64,000 nt of DNA from a virus: the IMG/VR virus record IMGVR_UViG_3300045988_167206, positions 64,001 to 128,000 of that record, one strand, 5' to 3'. The position numbers were made by a program, and so were the translations under genes. Below are positions 31,162 to 40,957 of this stretch, in pieces (positions within the stretch are counted from its first letter, which is position 1; each line of letters starts with the position of its first letter). The notes under the pieces were generated by a model, which worked only from the letters and a program-made list of their open reading frames with translations, searched no databases and was not told the DNA's origin.

Positions 31162-31710
31162 ATGGCTCTTATAACTTGTCCAGAATGTGGTCAAAAAATT
31201 AGTGATAAGTCTCCTGCATGCATCCATTGCGGATATCCTTTACAAGAAATAAAAAAATATGAAACTATATGGAATGGCCATGACATATCTAAAATTAATG
31301 AATATTTAGATAGTCTTAATGCTAATGAAAAGCAAGATTTTATTTTGTTCTGTGAATATATAGAAGATCGTAATAAACCATTGGTCGATCCAACAAAAAA
31401 AAATACAAATAAACCATTTCAAGGAGAATATTATAATAAATTTTATGATTTTATGGCAGAGCTAGGATATTATTATAAAATATCAAATGATGATGCCGGT
31501 AAATTCATCTTAGATTATTTACGCAGCAAAAATTATACCTCTCCTCAACCATCAACTCAAACCAATCAAGTCCGTTGTCCAAAGTGTGGCTCTACATCAA
31601 TCACAACAGAGAAGAGAGGATTCGACCTTATGTGGGGATTCCTGGGATCTGAATGGGTTACATACAATGTATGCCAGAAGTGTGGATACAGGTGGAAGAT
31701 TGGAAGATAG
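31162..31710 (+). CDS. double zinc-ribbon protein (about 182 aa)
   Basis: The preferred start is MALITCPECGQKISDKSPACIHCG at 31162, after TAGGAAGG. The C-terminal ribbon is RCPKCGS...CQKCGYRW. It lies on the opposite strand to all flanking genes. Confidence 0.6.
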   Translation: MALITCPECGQKISDKSPACIHCGYPLQEIKKYETIWNGHDISKINEYLDSLNANEKQDFILFCEYIEDRNKPLVDPTKKNTNKPFQGEYYNKFYDFMAELGYYYKISNDDAGKFILDYLRSKNYTSPQPSTQTNQVRCPKCGSTSITTEKRGFDLMWGFLGSEWVTYNVCQKCGYRWKIGR

Positions 31711-31730
31711 AGAGATAGGAGAGAAATATT

Positions 31731-33014
31731 ATGGGAAGTCATATATGGGGTAATATATATCTGTATTGTTGGGAAAATAAAATTGATTTTCGACAGGTAT
31801 TCAACAAGCTTTTGAATACTGAGCTGGAAGCATATAAAGAGGGTTGCGAACAATTCTTGGTTCCTTATACATACAATAAAAATAGTCAATTTAACAGAAG
31901 AAAGCTTGTTGGGTCTACATTAGAGCTTGATGTGGATGTATTAACTTCACATTTTCACATTCCTATTGAAGAAATTTTTAATCCGCGTAATTATCTAGAA
32001 AGATTAATAAAATTAATGAAAACAGTTTCGTATGATTGTAGATCAGATGCAGAATATGAATTTTTCCATTATAAAGACAAATCTCTGCAATTTCGTATTA
32101 AGTATGAAACAATTTACAATGAAAATTATGAAATCGGGGCTAATATTCCTGTTGAGTATCGTTTTTCCAAATATTATAATGAAGCTACTCATTCGTTCCA
32201 TTATCGTATTATATTAAATCCGAATTTTCTCCTATCATTTTCTTGTACATCAGGAGATATCAGTATGGCATTTTACAATCTCAATGATTATGTTAATTTC
32301 GAATTAATCTGTTTATACGATGGGGATGCTGATATTATCGCAAATTATTTTAAAGAAACATCAAAATATGATGTTTTTACAGAATATAAATATAAAGAGA
32401 AAGTTGCAGATAACGGAATTACGTGGATTTCCCGTACTGATGAAATTCTTTCAGAGATATCCAGTGATGACTATCGGATCATTGACTTCAAATGTATTGT
32501 TGTAAAATCTGCAATACGTAAATGTGATAATGAAGAACATCATACTAAAATTATAAATGGCATTTTCTTTACAATATCAAGAAAAACTGGAAATGTTAAA
32601 TACACAATAATTCCTTTAGTATATTGCCAAGAATGTAATGTTTATTTTATGTATGATTTTGAATATAATAGTTTATGTATGCAAGGAAGACCTCTTTGCA
32701 AAATCTATAATCACCTACATAAATCTGGTTCAGCAGATATATTTTCACAGTTAAATACAGAGTCTATTTTTAAAGTATGCGGTTATACGGTTGATGTAAA
32801 TGAGGGGTTATCAGATAAGGCTAGACATAATCTTTTGGACTTCCTTATTAATAGAAAAATTGTAACAGTATTGCAAACATTAAATTTTCTACAGTGGCTC
32901 ATCAACAGTAGAAAAAATAACTTAAATATGTATAATGCTGTACAAAAATGGGAGAATGATTTTTCTTATATAAATGAAAAGTATAATTCTTCACAAAATG
33001 TTATTGTTGTATAA
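31731..33014 (+). CDS. hypothetical protein (427 aa)
   Basis: GGAGAG lies 8 nt before the ATG. Has a Cys/His cluster (CDNEEHH...CQEC) and a helical C-terminus (LSDKARHNLLDFLINRKI...AVQKWENDFSYI). No family recognised. Confidence 0.6.
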   Translation: MGSHIWGNIYLYCWENKIDFRQVFNKLLNTELEAYKEGCEQFLVPYTYNKNSQFNRRKLVGSTLELDVDVLTSHFHIPIEEIFNPRNYLERLIKLMKTVSYDCRSDAEYEFFHYKDKSLQFRIKYETIYNENYEIGANIPVEYRFSKYYNEATHSFHYRIILNPNFLLSFSCTSGDISMAFYNLNDYVNFELICLYDGDADIIANYFKETSKYDVFTEYKYKEKVADNGITWISRTDEILSEISSDDYRIIDFKCIVVKSAIRKCDNEEHHTKIINGIFFTISRKTGNVKYTIIPLVYCQECNVYFMYDFEYNSLCMQGRPLCKIYNHLHKSGSADIFSQLNTESIFKVCGYTVDVNEGLSDKARHNLLDFLINRKIVTVLQTLNFLQWLINSRKNNLNMYNAVQKWENDFSYINEKYNSSQNVIVV

Positions 33015-33135
33015 TGCAATTATACATAAAATAATTATTTTGACTGTTTATTTGTTTTATTAGGCTTCACAAAAATACCATGACATTTTATTTTGTCTGA
33101 TTTTATAATTTGTGATTTTTCTTTACTGGTAAACA

Positions 33136-33597
33136 TCAAATCCAGTTTACGTTCCATGATACTACCTCCTCGAATGTGAAATCTGGGAATACCTTTTTAA
33201 CTATCATAAAAGTTAATATTTTAGCCTTTGTTTCGTCTTTTTCTTGAAAATAATAATGTACAAGTTCTTCTATAAAAATAAAAAGTTTCATTTTGTCATT
33301 ACATTGTTCAATTTTTTCTATTGCATATATAATTAATTGAAAACATCTTCCATAAGCTATGGACATATTCTCTTTTATAGAAAAACTACCGTCTCTTGTA
33401 AAAATTAAATTTACAGATAAAAAATTGTTTGGATCAATTTCTTTTTCATATAGCACTTTACTTAAGACTTCAAGCCCTTTTGTAAATAAATTAGCTGTTT
33501 GTTCTGGCATTGGATATAAAGCATTCATAAAGATGCAATTATTAAAATAAGGCGGTGCAACAGGTGCAAAAGATTGTACAGAATTTTCTAAAATCAT
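33136..33597 (-). CDS. hypothetical ORF inside the second intervening region (153 aa)
   Basis: Starts right after the structured 5' part, with AAAGGAG 6 nt upstream of the ATG. This is the same layout as the ORFs in the first intron. No nuclease motif recognised. Confidence 0.5.
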   Translation of the reverse strand: MILENSVQSFAPVAPPYFNNCIFMNALYPMPEQTANLFTKGLEVLSKVLYEKEIDPNNFLSVNLIFTRDGSFSIKENMSIAYGRCFQLIIYAIEKIEQCNDKMKLFIFIEELVHYYFQEKDETKAKILTFMIVKKVFPDFTFEEVVSWNVNWI

Positions 33598-34047
33598 AAT
33601 ATGTGCTCCTTTATGGAATTTACTTAATCATATCATAAAAGAGCTAAATAATAAATAATTTTCTCTTCGTTTACAGCAGAAGAGTAGTGCTGAGTGGGGT
33701 TCACCACTATTACAGTGGAACATTCATTAAAAGCATATGTATTAATTCGGACCATACATATACTCTGAGGAAGGGTGCTCTCTCTACACTTCCTGATTAT
33801 TCATATGCTTCCCTCACCATAACTTGCGTTATTGCTGCTAGTGTATCACATATTACTAAAACGTTAATCAGGTTGGTACATGCGTTACTCACAGGCTTGC
33901 GCCTACTTCACTGTAAACAGAATAGTGAGCTTCGATGTTTTAATCCTCTATTTATTTATAGCCGCTAATCTCCATACATTGATATAATCTTTATATAGAT
34001 AGGCTCATTATTAAAATCGGAAAAATAATTGTAACCCTGAATTTGGG

Positions 34048-34422
34048 TTAACCTACGGCTTTTGTAATACCACCGGCGTTTAAGAATTTTAATCCAGCCA
34101 TAGTAGCATTTTTTACGGTCATGGCACCAAAAATTGCAGTAATTAGTGCCGGGATTGGTCCTAAAGTTTTTTCAAGTCCAGTGAATCCTTCAGTTAAGCT
34201 ATGTACGAAATCTAAGGCTCCACCAACTTGATCTGACTGATAAAAGTTAAGCCAGAACTCATCCATCTGAGTTTTAATAGCTTGTACTTTACCACTAAAC
34301 GATTCCATGTATTTCTCTTGGTTTGCTTCTGCATTACCTTGAGTAGTGGTAGCTTCTTCAGCTAAACTCATGGAATCTGTGAATGCGTCCAATATGTTCT
34401 TGAATTTTGAAGTTTGTCTTGT
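34048..34422 (-). CDS. tape-measure protein, second coding block (about 124 codons)
   Basis: The frame is open from 34422, after a TAG at 34423-34425. It reads TRQTSKFKNILDAFTDS...LGPIPALITAIFGAMTVKNATMAGLKF. This is the expected continuation of the TMP core that breaks off at 36005. There is no SD or ATG at its 5' end. Confidence 0.6.
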   Translation of the reverse strand, partial: TRQTSKFKNILDAFTDSMSLAEEATTTQGNAEANQEKYMESFSGKVQAIKTQMDEFWLNFYQSDQVGGALDFVHSLTEGFTGLEKTLGPIPALITAIFGAMTVKNATMAGLKFLNAGGITKAVG

Positions 34423-34478
34423 CTAACTTGTTAAGCATGGTTCGCAACACCATACTGATATTGTTAATTTATCTCCTT

Positions 34479-35393
34479 TTATATTTCTATTAAGGCTCCA
34501 TATTTAATAAAACCTTCAAACAATATATCTTCAATATAAATTTGATCCCAAAATGGAATACGAATTAAATGAATTTTATTATCTTTACAATATTGAGTCT
34601 TTATATTGTCTCGTTTCTTTGTATTTATCATATTGCTATAAGCCTCTTCGTGTGCCATTGTGTTACCTAATGTTACTGGCATATAATGAAATTCTCCATC
34701 ATATTCAATTGCAATATTAGAATCAGGTAAGTAATAATCAAACGGCAGAGGGTTTTTATCTCTACAATCAGAGAATCTTTTTTGTGGTTCGTATTTAATT
34801 CCCCATTTATCTAAAATATCTCCAATCATACTTTCATAATATGTTTTTTTACAATAAGGACAACCAGGACATTTTGATAACGTATATCCTTCTTTAACCT
34901 GGACACCTTTATCTTTATGTACGTTACATATATATTTTACATATGTATATCCATTTTCATGATAATGAGAAACATAGGTAAAATTGTGTTTTTCACATTC
35001 TTCTTTCCAATGATCGACATTGAATATTTTATTTTTCAGTGTACGTTCTCTACCACAATAATAGCACCCTCTATCACGCAGAAATTCGCATAATTTAATT
35101 TCTTGAATACCTTTATCCTTATGTTTTGTACAGATATATTTCATTTTAGTTGTGTAATTTTTGTATTCCTTATCAATTAATTCATATCCTCTATCAGAAA
35201 ATAATTTATTTACTTCATCATAAGTATATTTTTTAGTATTATGAATTACTTTCTTTTCACGAATTAACCCCATACGTCTTCTTTTGGTTATTATTGCACC
35301 TTTAGTAGTTCCGATATTTTTTGCTAATTCATCATCAAATTGTATTTTCCAATTTTCTTTTAAATAGTTTTCTTTATCAGATGTCCATTTCAT
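34479..35393 (-). CDS. homing-endonuclease-like protein (304 aa): HTH, two zinc-ribbon modules and a PD-(D/E)xK-like C-terminus
   Basis: - N-terminal W..ENYLKENW...LAKNIGTTKGAIITKRRRMGL is an HTH.
- There are duplicated modules: YICTKHKDKGIQ...CYYCGR and YICNVHKDKGVQ...CPGCPYCKK.
- The C-terminal PLPFDYYLPDSNIAIEYDGEFHY is typical of Vsr/DUF559-type endonuclease folds. Confidence 0.6.
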   Translation of the reverse strand: MKWTSDKENYLKENWKIQFDDELAKNIGTTKGAIITKRRRMGLIREKKVIHNTKKYTYDEVNKLFSDRGYELIDKEYKNYTTKMKYICTKHKDKGIQEIKLCEFLRDRGCYYCGRERTLKNKIFNVDHWKEECEKHNFTYVSHYHENGYTYVKYICNVHKDKGVQVKEGYTLSKCPGCPYCKKTYYESMIGDILDKWGIKYEPQKRFSDCRDKNPLPFDYYLPDSNIAIEYDGEFHYMPVTLGNTMAHEEAYSNMINTKKRDNIKTQYCKDNKIHLIRIPFWDQIYIEDILFEGFIKYGALIEI

Positions 35394-35414
35394 GTATTAT
35401 CACTCCATTTATTA

Positions 35415-35609
35415 TCAATTTTTTGTATAAAAAATCGCCAATGCTTCAAATAACTTTGACGTTTTTGTATATTTGTATGTAGTTACTTCATTTATCACTT
35501 TTATAAATGAAGGTTGTATACCAACACTCCATAAATACTCTTTTTCAGGAGTATATTGAGTGGAATATTCTTTATCAAATTTTTTCATAAATTTATTTAA
35601 AATTAACAA
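35415..35609 (-). CDS. small ORF (64 aa) at the 5' end of the intron ORF region
   Basis: TTG start, or an internal ATG at codon 8. Ends 21 nt before the endonuclease-like ORF. It could be a detached N-terminal piece. Confidence 0.3.
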   Translation of the reverse strand: MLILNKFMKKFDKEYSTQYTPEKEYLWSVGIQPSFIKVINEVTTYKYTKTSKLFEALAIFYTKN

Positions 35610-36004
35610 TATCCTTATACTTTCATATAAGTACAGACTATTTCTTCACCTACCGACCTTTACGGTTTAGGGTGTCCTTTTCCATTTAACGGGTTTTCAC
35701 CGACTTCATTAGCGATTAAGCCGTACTTCTATTGATTTGGATATTCAGGATTCCCACCTTTATTTTATAGCTCAATAAGAACATTTCCAAATCCCGACAT
35801 GGGAATAGTCGTTGAATGTTCACCCTCGTCTCAAGTACCATATGATCTATGGAATACGTTAGGGTGCTTCACTGCATGAACAGCCAATCCTTACGTTGTC
35901 AAACCTTCATAATCTAGTTTCCTGATTATTGTGGTGTAAGGCTCTAAGGCATTACCTGCAATTAAAATCATTCCAGTATGAATTTCTTCATACACAGTCC
36001 AACA

Positions 36005-39000
36005 TTAGGCTGCTACATCAAATGCGATTTTTGCTTGCTGTGCATCAGTCAAATCATTCCATTTGGATTTCAGTTCGGATAATACAGTGATAATACCACG
36101 ATCTGATCCGTCTGGATTATAGACATCAACACCTACTGAATGTAAAGAAGCAGAAGCATTTGATAAATCTTCATTACTTACCTCATCTGCATATTGAGGC
36201 ATTTTACCGACTTTTGTGGTTCTCGTGATAATCGTTTTAATTGCATTACCAATTGAACTTCCATCTTCACGGGTTCTTTCAGCTACTTTTGCAGAAATCG
36301 CAGCTAACTGCTCATATGACATTCCTGCATCAAAAGCAACCTGACCTGATGCCTGAACAGCATCTGTCATTACTTTTATACCTTTAGCGTAATCCATACC
36401 CACGTTTGCTGAAATCTTATCCAATACGTCTACTACATGCATAGAAGCATCAGCGGCAGAAGTGGATCCATCTTCTAACATATGGAACTGCTGTAAGATA
36501 CCCTGTACCTGGTCAGCAGCAGTAGAAGCGTCAACACCACTTAAGTTACTCAAGATAGCAGTCGGTTTTGCAGTTTCCTGAATTTCTTTCGAAGTGGTAT
36601 TCATATTTGCATAGATCTGATAAATGTCCATTGTATTATCAAGAGACATAGAGAGATCTTTTGCCATGTCAACTGCAGAACTACCTAAATTCTGTAATTG
36701 ACTTTGTGACATATCCATTGTATAACTAATGGTTGTCAGTGCTTTATTATAATCCATAAATGTATTAAAGCCTTGTTTCATCTCATTAATGGCTTTATGC
36801 ATTATCTGAATGTTTCCAACATAAGATGTAATATCACCAATAGCACCTTTAAAGTTTCCAGATACTAATCCTTTAAGTCCCTGACTAAATGAAGAAAATC
36901 CAGTAGAAGTCTTAGTGGTATTTTGATACATAACACGAAGACTATCATTGGCTTTTTCAATGTTTCCAGTGAGTTTTACAACGTCTCCAGATGCAGTCTC
37001 AAAATTCATTGTGACTTTTCCGGTTGCATCATTTACAGACTGTGATATTTTATTGGTTAATCCAATTGAAGCAGCATAATCGGTCAATGCCTTTGAAGCA
37101 TCAGCAGTATCTTTGATCTGATGTGCCGTATTCTCAATCATTGTACCTTTACTTGTGGTTTTATTGAGTCCATCAGAAGTCTTTCCAAATTTTTCCATTG
37201 AAGCTACAAGCTCATCAATTCCTTTACTATATGCTTCAATGTCTTTTTGACCTTTTGTGCTATTCTTAAATGTATCATTAAGCTCTTCATACCTTGAATG
37301 AAAACCATCTAATTTTGCTTGGTAAAAACCTGTTTTATCCCCAATGTTTGTATATTTAATTAATTTCTCATGTGCTTGAAAATAATCCAAATCTTTTACG
37401 CCAAGGCCATTTTGGTAATAATCTTTATATGCTTCCGTTTGGTTACGTAACTCAAGCATACGTGAAACATAATCATTTACAGAAATAGATCCATTTTTAA
37501 ATTCTGTGGTAGCAGTATCAAGACCACTAGACAAAGAAGAAAATTGTGACTTAAAACTTTCAGATGCTCTTCCAGCATTTTGAATCTTGGAAACAAAAGA
37601 ATCAATATCTTTAGATAAAGAAGCAAAATTAGAATTTATAGTATTATTTTTATTTATGTTAGATTGTGAAATGAGATCTTGCATTTGAGTATCTGCATAA
37701 TCTTTTCCATAGATTTGAGAAACTTCTTTATACATATTCTCATAACTTTGTTTTGCTCTTGCTTGAGCAGCAGATAATAACATATGTTCTTGCTGAGAGT
37801 ATTTATCCGATGTAGAAAGTCCGATCAATTCTTTTTCAGTTTTAGCCTGAAGAGAATATTGTTCTTTCATATCATCAACTAAATTTTTATGATATTTACT
37901 TTCAGCGGCCTGAGCAGAAGTATAAGCCTTTGCATATTCGTCTGCTTTTTTTGCATTTAATATATTATTATTATTATTTTTGTCATTTTCATATGTATTT
38001 TTATAAAAAGATTCGACTTCTGTTTTTAATGCAGAAACTCTTTTTTTAGCTTCTTCAAATCGTTGAGCTACAGCAGTATCAGTGGAATTAATCTTGTATT
38101 CACTTTGTGCATTAACTAAATCTGCCTGTGCTTGTTTTAGCTCTTTAACTTTAGCGATAGCTGAATCATATTGTGACGTAAAATCAGCAGTTTTTTGTTT
38201 GAGCACATCTTGTTGAAAAGCATCATAAACATTTTGTTCAGCTTGGCCAAGTTTGCTTTTCTGTGTGTTAAAAGCATTTACACGATCTTCACCAAGAATA
38301 CCTTTGTTTTTCTCAATAAACTCATCAATATCTCCTAAACTTTTCTGCTTCTGATCTATTTCTTTTCGAATATTATTAATTAAATCATTAGAAGTACCTT
38401 TAGATTTAGCAGAAGATAACTCTTTATTTTTCTTTTCAAGTTCAGAAAGACCAGACATTAAATCTTCATACTGAGAAATAATTTGATCTGAAATTTTATT
38501 TTGAGAATAGTTTCTTAATGATGCATTAGATTTTTCTGCTTTTCGCATCGCCTCGTCAAATTCATCAATATCTTTTCCTTGAGATTCAAGCAAGGTTTTA
38601 TTCTTAGATATAAAATCGCTTATTTTAAAAGCGTTTGCAGTTTTTTCTAATGAAATTTTTTGATCTTTTAAATCTCTTAAATCACTTTGTAATTTTGTTC
38701 TATCTATGCCAGTATTAGATTTATCATCTAATTGTTTTTGTATATCAAGAATTTCTTTATTAACCTGGTTAAGTTTTTGAGCTTGTTTAACAGCTGTAGT
38801 ATATTGTCCTACGATAGACTGCGTTTTCTGCTTTTGAGTTGCCTCACGTTCCTCCTGATAGGCCTTTTTATTAGCATTAACAGCGATATTATTTTGATCA
38901 CGAAGTTTGGCCCAATTTGGTTTCATCCGTTCAGCAACTTGCTGTCTATATTGTGTCATACTATAATCTGAAGTAGGATCTTGATCATAAGCTCGTGCGA

Positions 39001-40957
39001 CGCTATCATGTTCTTGCTGCTGAATTTGTAATCTTTGAATCTCAGATTTTAAATTAGCTATTTTCCCGGAATCTCTTTGAGATTGTGGTTTTGTCATTTC
39101 AGCATATAATTTTTGTCTGTTAGATACTAAGGCAGCGGTAGTTTTAGCTGAATCCTGCTCTAAAGTTTCAAATTTAATACCAGTCCCAATTGTTGCACTC
39201 CAGGTGTTATTTGCCTGACTATAAGTTTGAGTCAAAGTATGAACTTTTCGATTTACATCTTTATATACTTTTGTAATTTTTTGACCATTACTAGCTGTTT
39301 TTTCGGCCAGTAATTGCATATCATCGAAGTTAGGAGTTCCTGGTACTGAAGGTAAAGTAGGATTTCCTGATGTTGGAGGAGTTGTTGGGAAAGTCGGAAT
39401 ATTTGAATTTTTTGAAGAATTAGATGCGACCGGTGTAGCAGGTATAGCTTTCAATCTTGGACCACGAGAAACTTTATATGCTAATTTTTCTTGTTTAGTA
39501 GCATCTTCCTGTGTGCGAGTTGTATCTTGCACAGCAATACCAAGTCTTTCGGCAGAATCAGCCATCTTATCCATATTTTCTGTGGTATTTCCTACAGTAG
39601 AAGCCACTACATTATTTATGTGATCTGTAGCTGTGTTAATAGTGTCTGCAGCTTTTTCTGCTTTTTTGGCTTGGGCAGTAGGAGATTTTTTACTATGGGT
39701 ACTTTTTTTAGAAGTCTGATTAGATTGGATAGCAGGTGTTTCTACAACTGGATTTCTAATAGCTTCTTCTAGACGAGGATAAGCTTCAGACCAAAATTTA
39801 CCATTTTCAGGATCATCTGATAAAGTTTGAATAGCAGTATCTAAATTTTTTAATTGCTCGCCTGATAGTCCGGTTCCACCTTTATTTTTATATACAACAA
39901 AATTTCTGAATAATTTTGCCAGCATAGTAGTGCTAAAATCATAAATACTTTTATCTCCACTTAAAACTTTTTCAAAATCTTTTTTTAAGATAGAAGAAGC
40001 TTCATCTGCTGTTACTGACGAGATATTTTTTAACATTTTATCTCTAGCACTAGATAAACTTTTATTTCCAGTTGTATTAAAGGCTTTGTCAGCTTTAATT
40101 TTCTGAGTAGCTTTACTTGTTTCAGTAGCAATAGTATTAATTCCATTCTGCATATTACTTATAGCAGCCTGAACCATATCTTCACTACCACTTTCAATAG
40201 CAGCCTGTAATGAATCAAGATCAAAAGCAGAAGCTATATAAGATTTAGAATCTTCTACAGAACTTTCTAATGTTTTACCTATTCCGATCAAGTTTTTATT
40301 ACCAGGTCTGGTTATATGGCTATCTTCTGGAATAGAATCTTTCATTTTACCAAAAAGAGCTTTGATATTTTTCTGATTTTGTTCATAAGTCAAAAGAAGT
40401 TTTTCCTGAGCTTTTACAGCTTGAATATAAGCAGCCATATCTGTAAAATCAGCGGTGTTAAGAGGTTGTGCATTTTCTTGCTGTGCTAACGCCCATTTTG
40501 TAGCTCTTGAATATTCATAGCGTTTTCTATATAATGCTTTATATTCATCAGAATCAACAGCCAGGGTTTTTGGCATTCCGTCACGAACACCTTTTATTTC
40601 ATTTGCATTTAATCTATATAAATTTGCCGGCAAAGTCTGAAAACTTGCATCATACCCACTTTTAACCGCTTTATTAATTATACTTTCTACTTGTTTGGCT
40701 TGAGCTGTAATTGCTTTTTTAGTAGAAGCAGAAAGAGAAGATTTACCAGTTGCTTCTATAATAGCTGGAATTTTTACAGTTGTCTTTTGTAATTTATCTA
40801 ATGCAGAAGTATCTGTCTTTAATTCAGCAGTTATTGTAGATTTCTTTCCGTCTAATTCATCAGCAGTGTTTTTTAATTCTAATAATTTTTCAATTGCTCT
40901 ATCAACAGCAGCGTCAGCATCAACGCCTACACGAACTCGTTTATCATATCCACTCAT
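36005..40957 (-). CDS. tape-measure protein, first coding block (about 1650 codons)
   Basis: The preferred ATG is at 40957, after AGGTGA; the track starts at a GTG at 40966. A long coiled coil comes first, then a TP901-type TMP core (MDYNKALTTISYTMDMSQSQLQNLGSSAVDMAKDL...TAILSNLSGVDASTAADQVQGILQQF...). The block ends abruptly at ...LTDAQQAKIAFDVAA followed by UAA. Confidence 0.8.
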   Translation of the reverse strand: MSGYDKRVRVGVDADAAVDRAIEKLLELKNTADELDGKKSTITAELKTDTSALDKLQKTTVKIPAIIEATGKSSLSASTKKAITAQAKQVESIINKAVKSGYDASFQTLPANLYRLNANEIKGVRDGMPKTLAVDSDEYKALYRKRYEYSRATKWALAQQENAQPLNTADFTDMAAYIQAVKAQEKLLLTYEQNQKNIKALFGKMKDSIPEDSHITRPGNKNLIGIGKTLESSVEDSKSYIASAFDLDSLQAAIESGSEDMVQAAISNMQNGINTIATETSKATQKIKADKAFNTTGNKSLSSARDKMLKNISSVTADEASSILKKDFEKVLSGDKSIYDFSTTMLAKLFRNFVVYKNKGGTGLSGEQLKNLDTAIQTLSDDPENGKFWSEAYPRLEEAIRNPVVETPAIQSNQTSKKSTHSKKSPTAQAKKAEKAADTINTATDHINNVVASTVGNTTENMDKMADSAERLGIAVQDTTRTQEDATKQEKLAYKVSRGPRLKAIPATPVASNSSKNSNIPTFPTTPPTSGNPTLPSVPGTPNFDDMQLLAEKTASNGQKITKVYKDVNRKVHTLTQTYSQANNTWSATIGTGIKFETLEQDSAKTTAALVSNRQKLYAEMTKPQSQRDSGKIANLKSEIQRLQIQQQEHDSVARAYDQDPTSDYSMTQYRQQVAERMKPNWAKLRDQNNIAVNANKKAYQEEREATQKQKTQSIVGQYTTAVKQAQKLNQVNKEILDIQKQLDDKSNTGIDRTKLQSDLRDLKDQKISLEKTANAFKISDFISKNKTLLESQGKDIDEFDEAMRKAEKSNASLRNYSQNKISDQIISQYEDLMSGLSELEKKNKELSSAKSKGTSNDLINNIRKEIDQKQKSLGDIDEFIEKNKGILGEDRVNAFNTQKSKLGQAEQNVYDAFQQDVLKQKTADFTSQYDSAIAKVKELKQAQADLVNAQSEYKINSTDTAVAQRFEEAKKRVSALKTEVESFYKNTYENDKNNNNNILNAKKADEYAKAYTSAQAAESKYHKNLVDDMKEQYSLQAKTEKELIGLSTSDKYSQQEHMLLSAAQARAKQSYENMYKEVSQIYGKDYADTQMQDLISQSNINKNNTINSNFASLSKDIDSFVSKIQNAGRASESFKSQFSSLSSGLDTATTEFKNGSISVNDYVSRMLELRNQTEAYKDYYQNGLGVKDLDYFQAHEKLIKYTNIGDKTGFYQAKLDGFHSRYEELNDTFKNSTKGQKDIEAYSKGIDELVASMEKFGKTSDGLNKTTSKGTMIENTAHQIKDTADASKALTDYAASIGLTNKISQSVNDATGKVTMNFETASGDVVKLTGNIEKANDSLRVMYQNTTKTSTGFSSFSQGLKGLVSGNFKGAIGDITSYVGNIQIMHKAINEMKQGFNTFMDYNKALTTISYTMDMSQSQLQNLGSSAVDMAKDLSMSLDNTMDIYQIYANMNTTSKEIQETAKPTAILSNLSGVDASTAADQVQGILQQFHMLEDGSTSAADASMHVVDVLDKISANVGMDYAKGIKVMTDAVQASGQVAFDAGMSYEQLAAISAKVAERTREDGSSIGNAIKTIITRTTKVGKMPQYADEVSNEDLSNASASLHSVGVDVYNPDGSDRGIITVLSELKSKWNDLTDAQQAKIAFDVAA

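Larger units (their letters stand above)
31135..34047 (-). other. second intervening region in the tape-measure gene (possible large group I intron with inserted cargo)
   Basis: TMP-like coding stops at a UAA (34048-34050) and resumes at 31134. The 5' 350 nt (34047-33700) are ORF-free and hairpin-rich. That stretch shares GAUUUUAAU...GAGCCU with the first intron at the same offset from the exon end. A same-strand ORF follows, then two opposite-strand genes. Confidence 0.4.
34423..36004 (-). mobile_element. group I intron-like element with homing-endonuclease-like ORF, interrupting the tape-measure gene (boundaries approximate)
   Basis: The ORF-free, GC-richer 5' 395 nt carries several core-like elements:
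- a P2-like hairpin GUAUGAA-GAAA-UUCAUAC
- a P4-like pair CACCC (35866-35862) / GGGUG (35825-35821)
- an R-like element UUCAACGACUA (35816-35806) followed by AUGUCGGG
- an S-like element AAGAAAUAGUC (35646-35636)

GACUA/UAGUC can form P7. ORFs follow, and a 55-nt 3' tail ends in ...UUAG just before the resuming frame. Confidence 0.6.
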
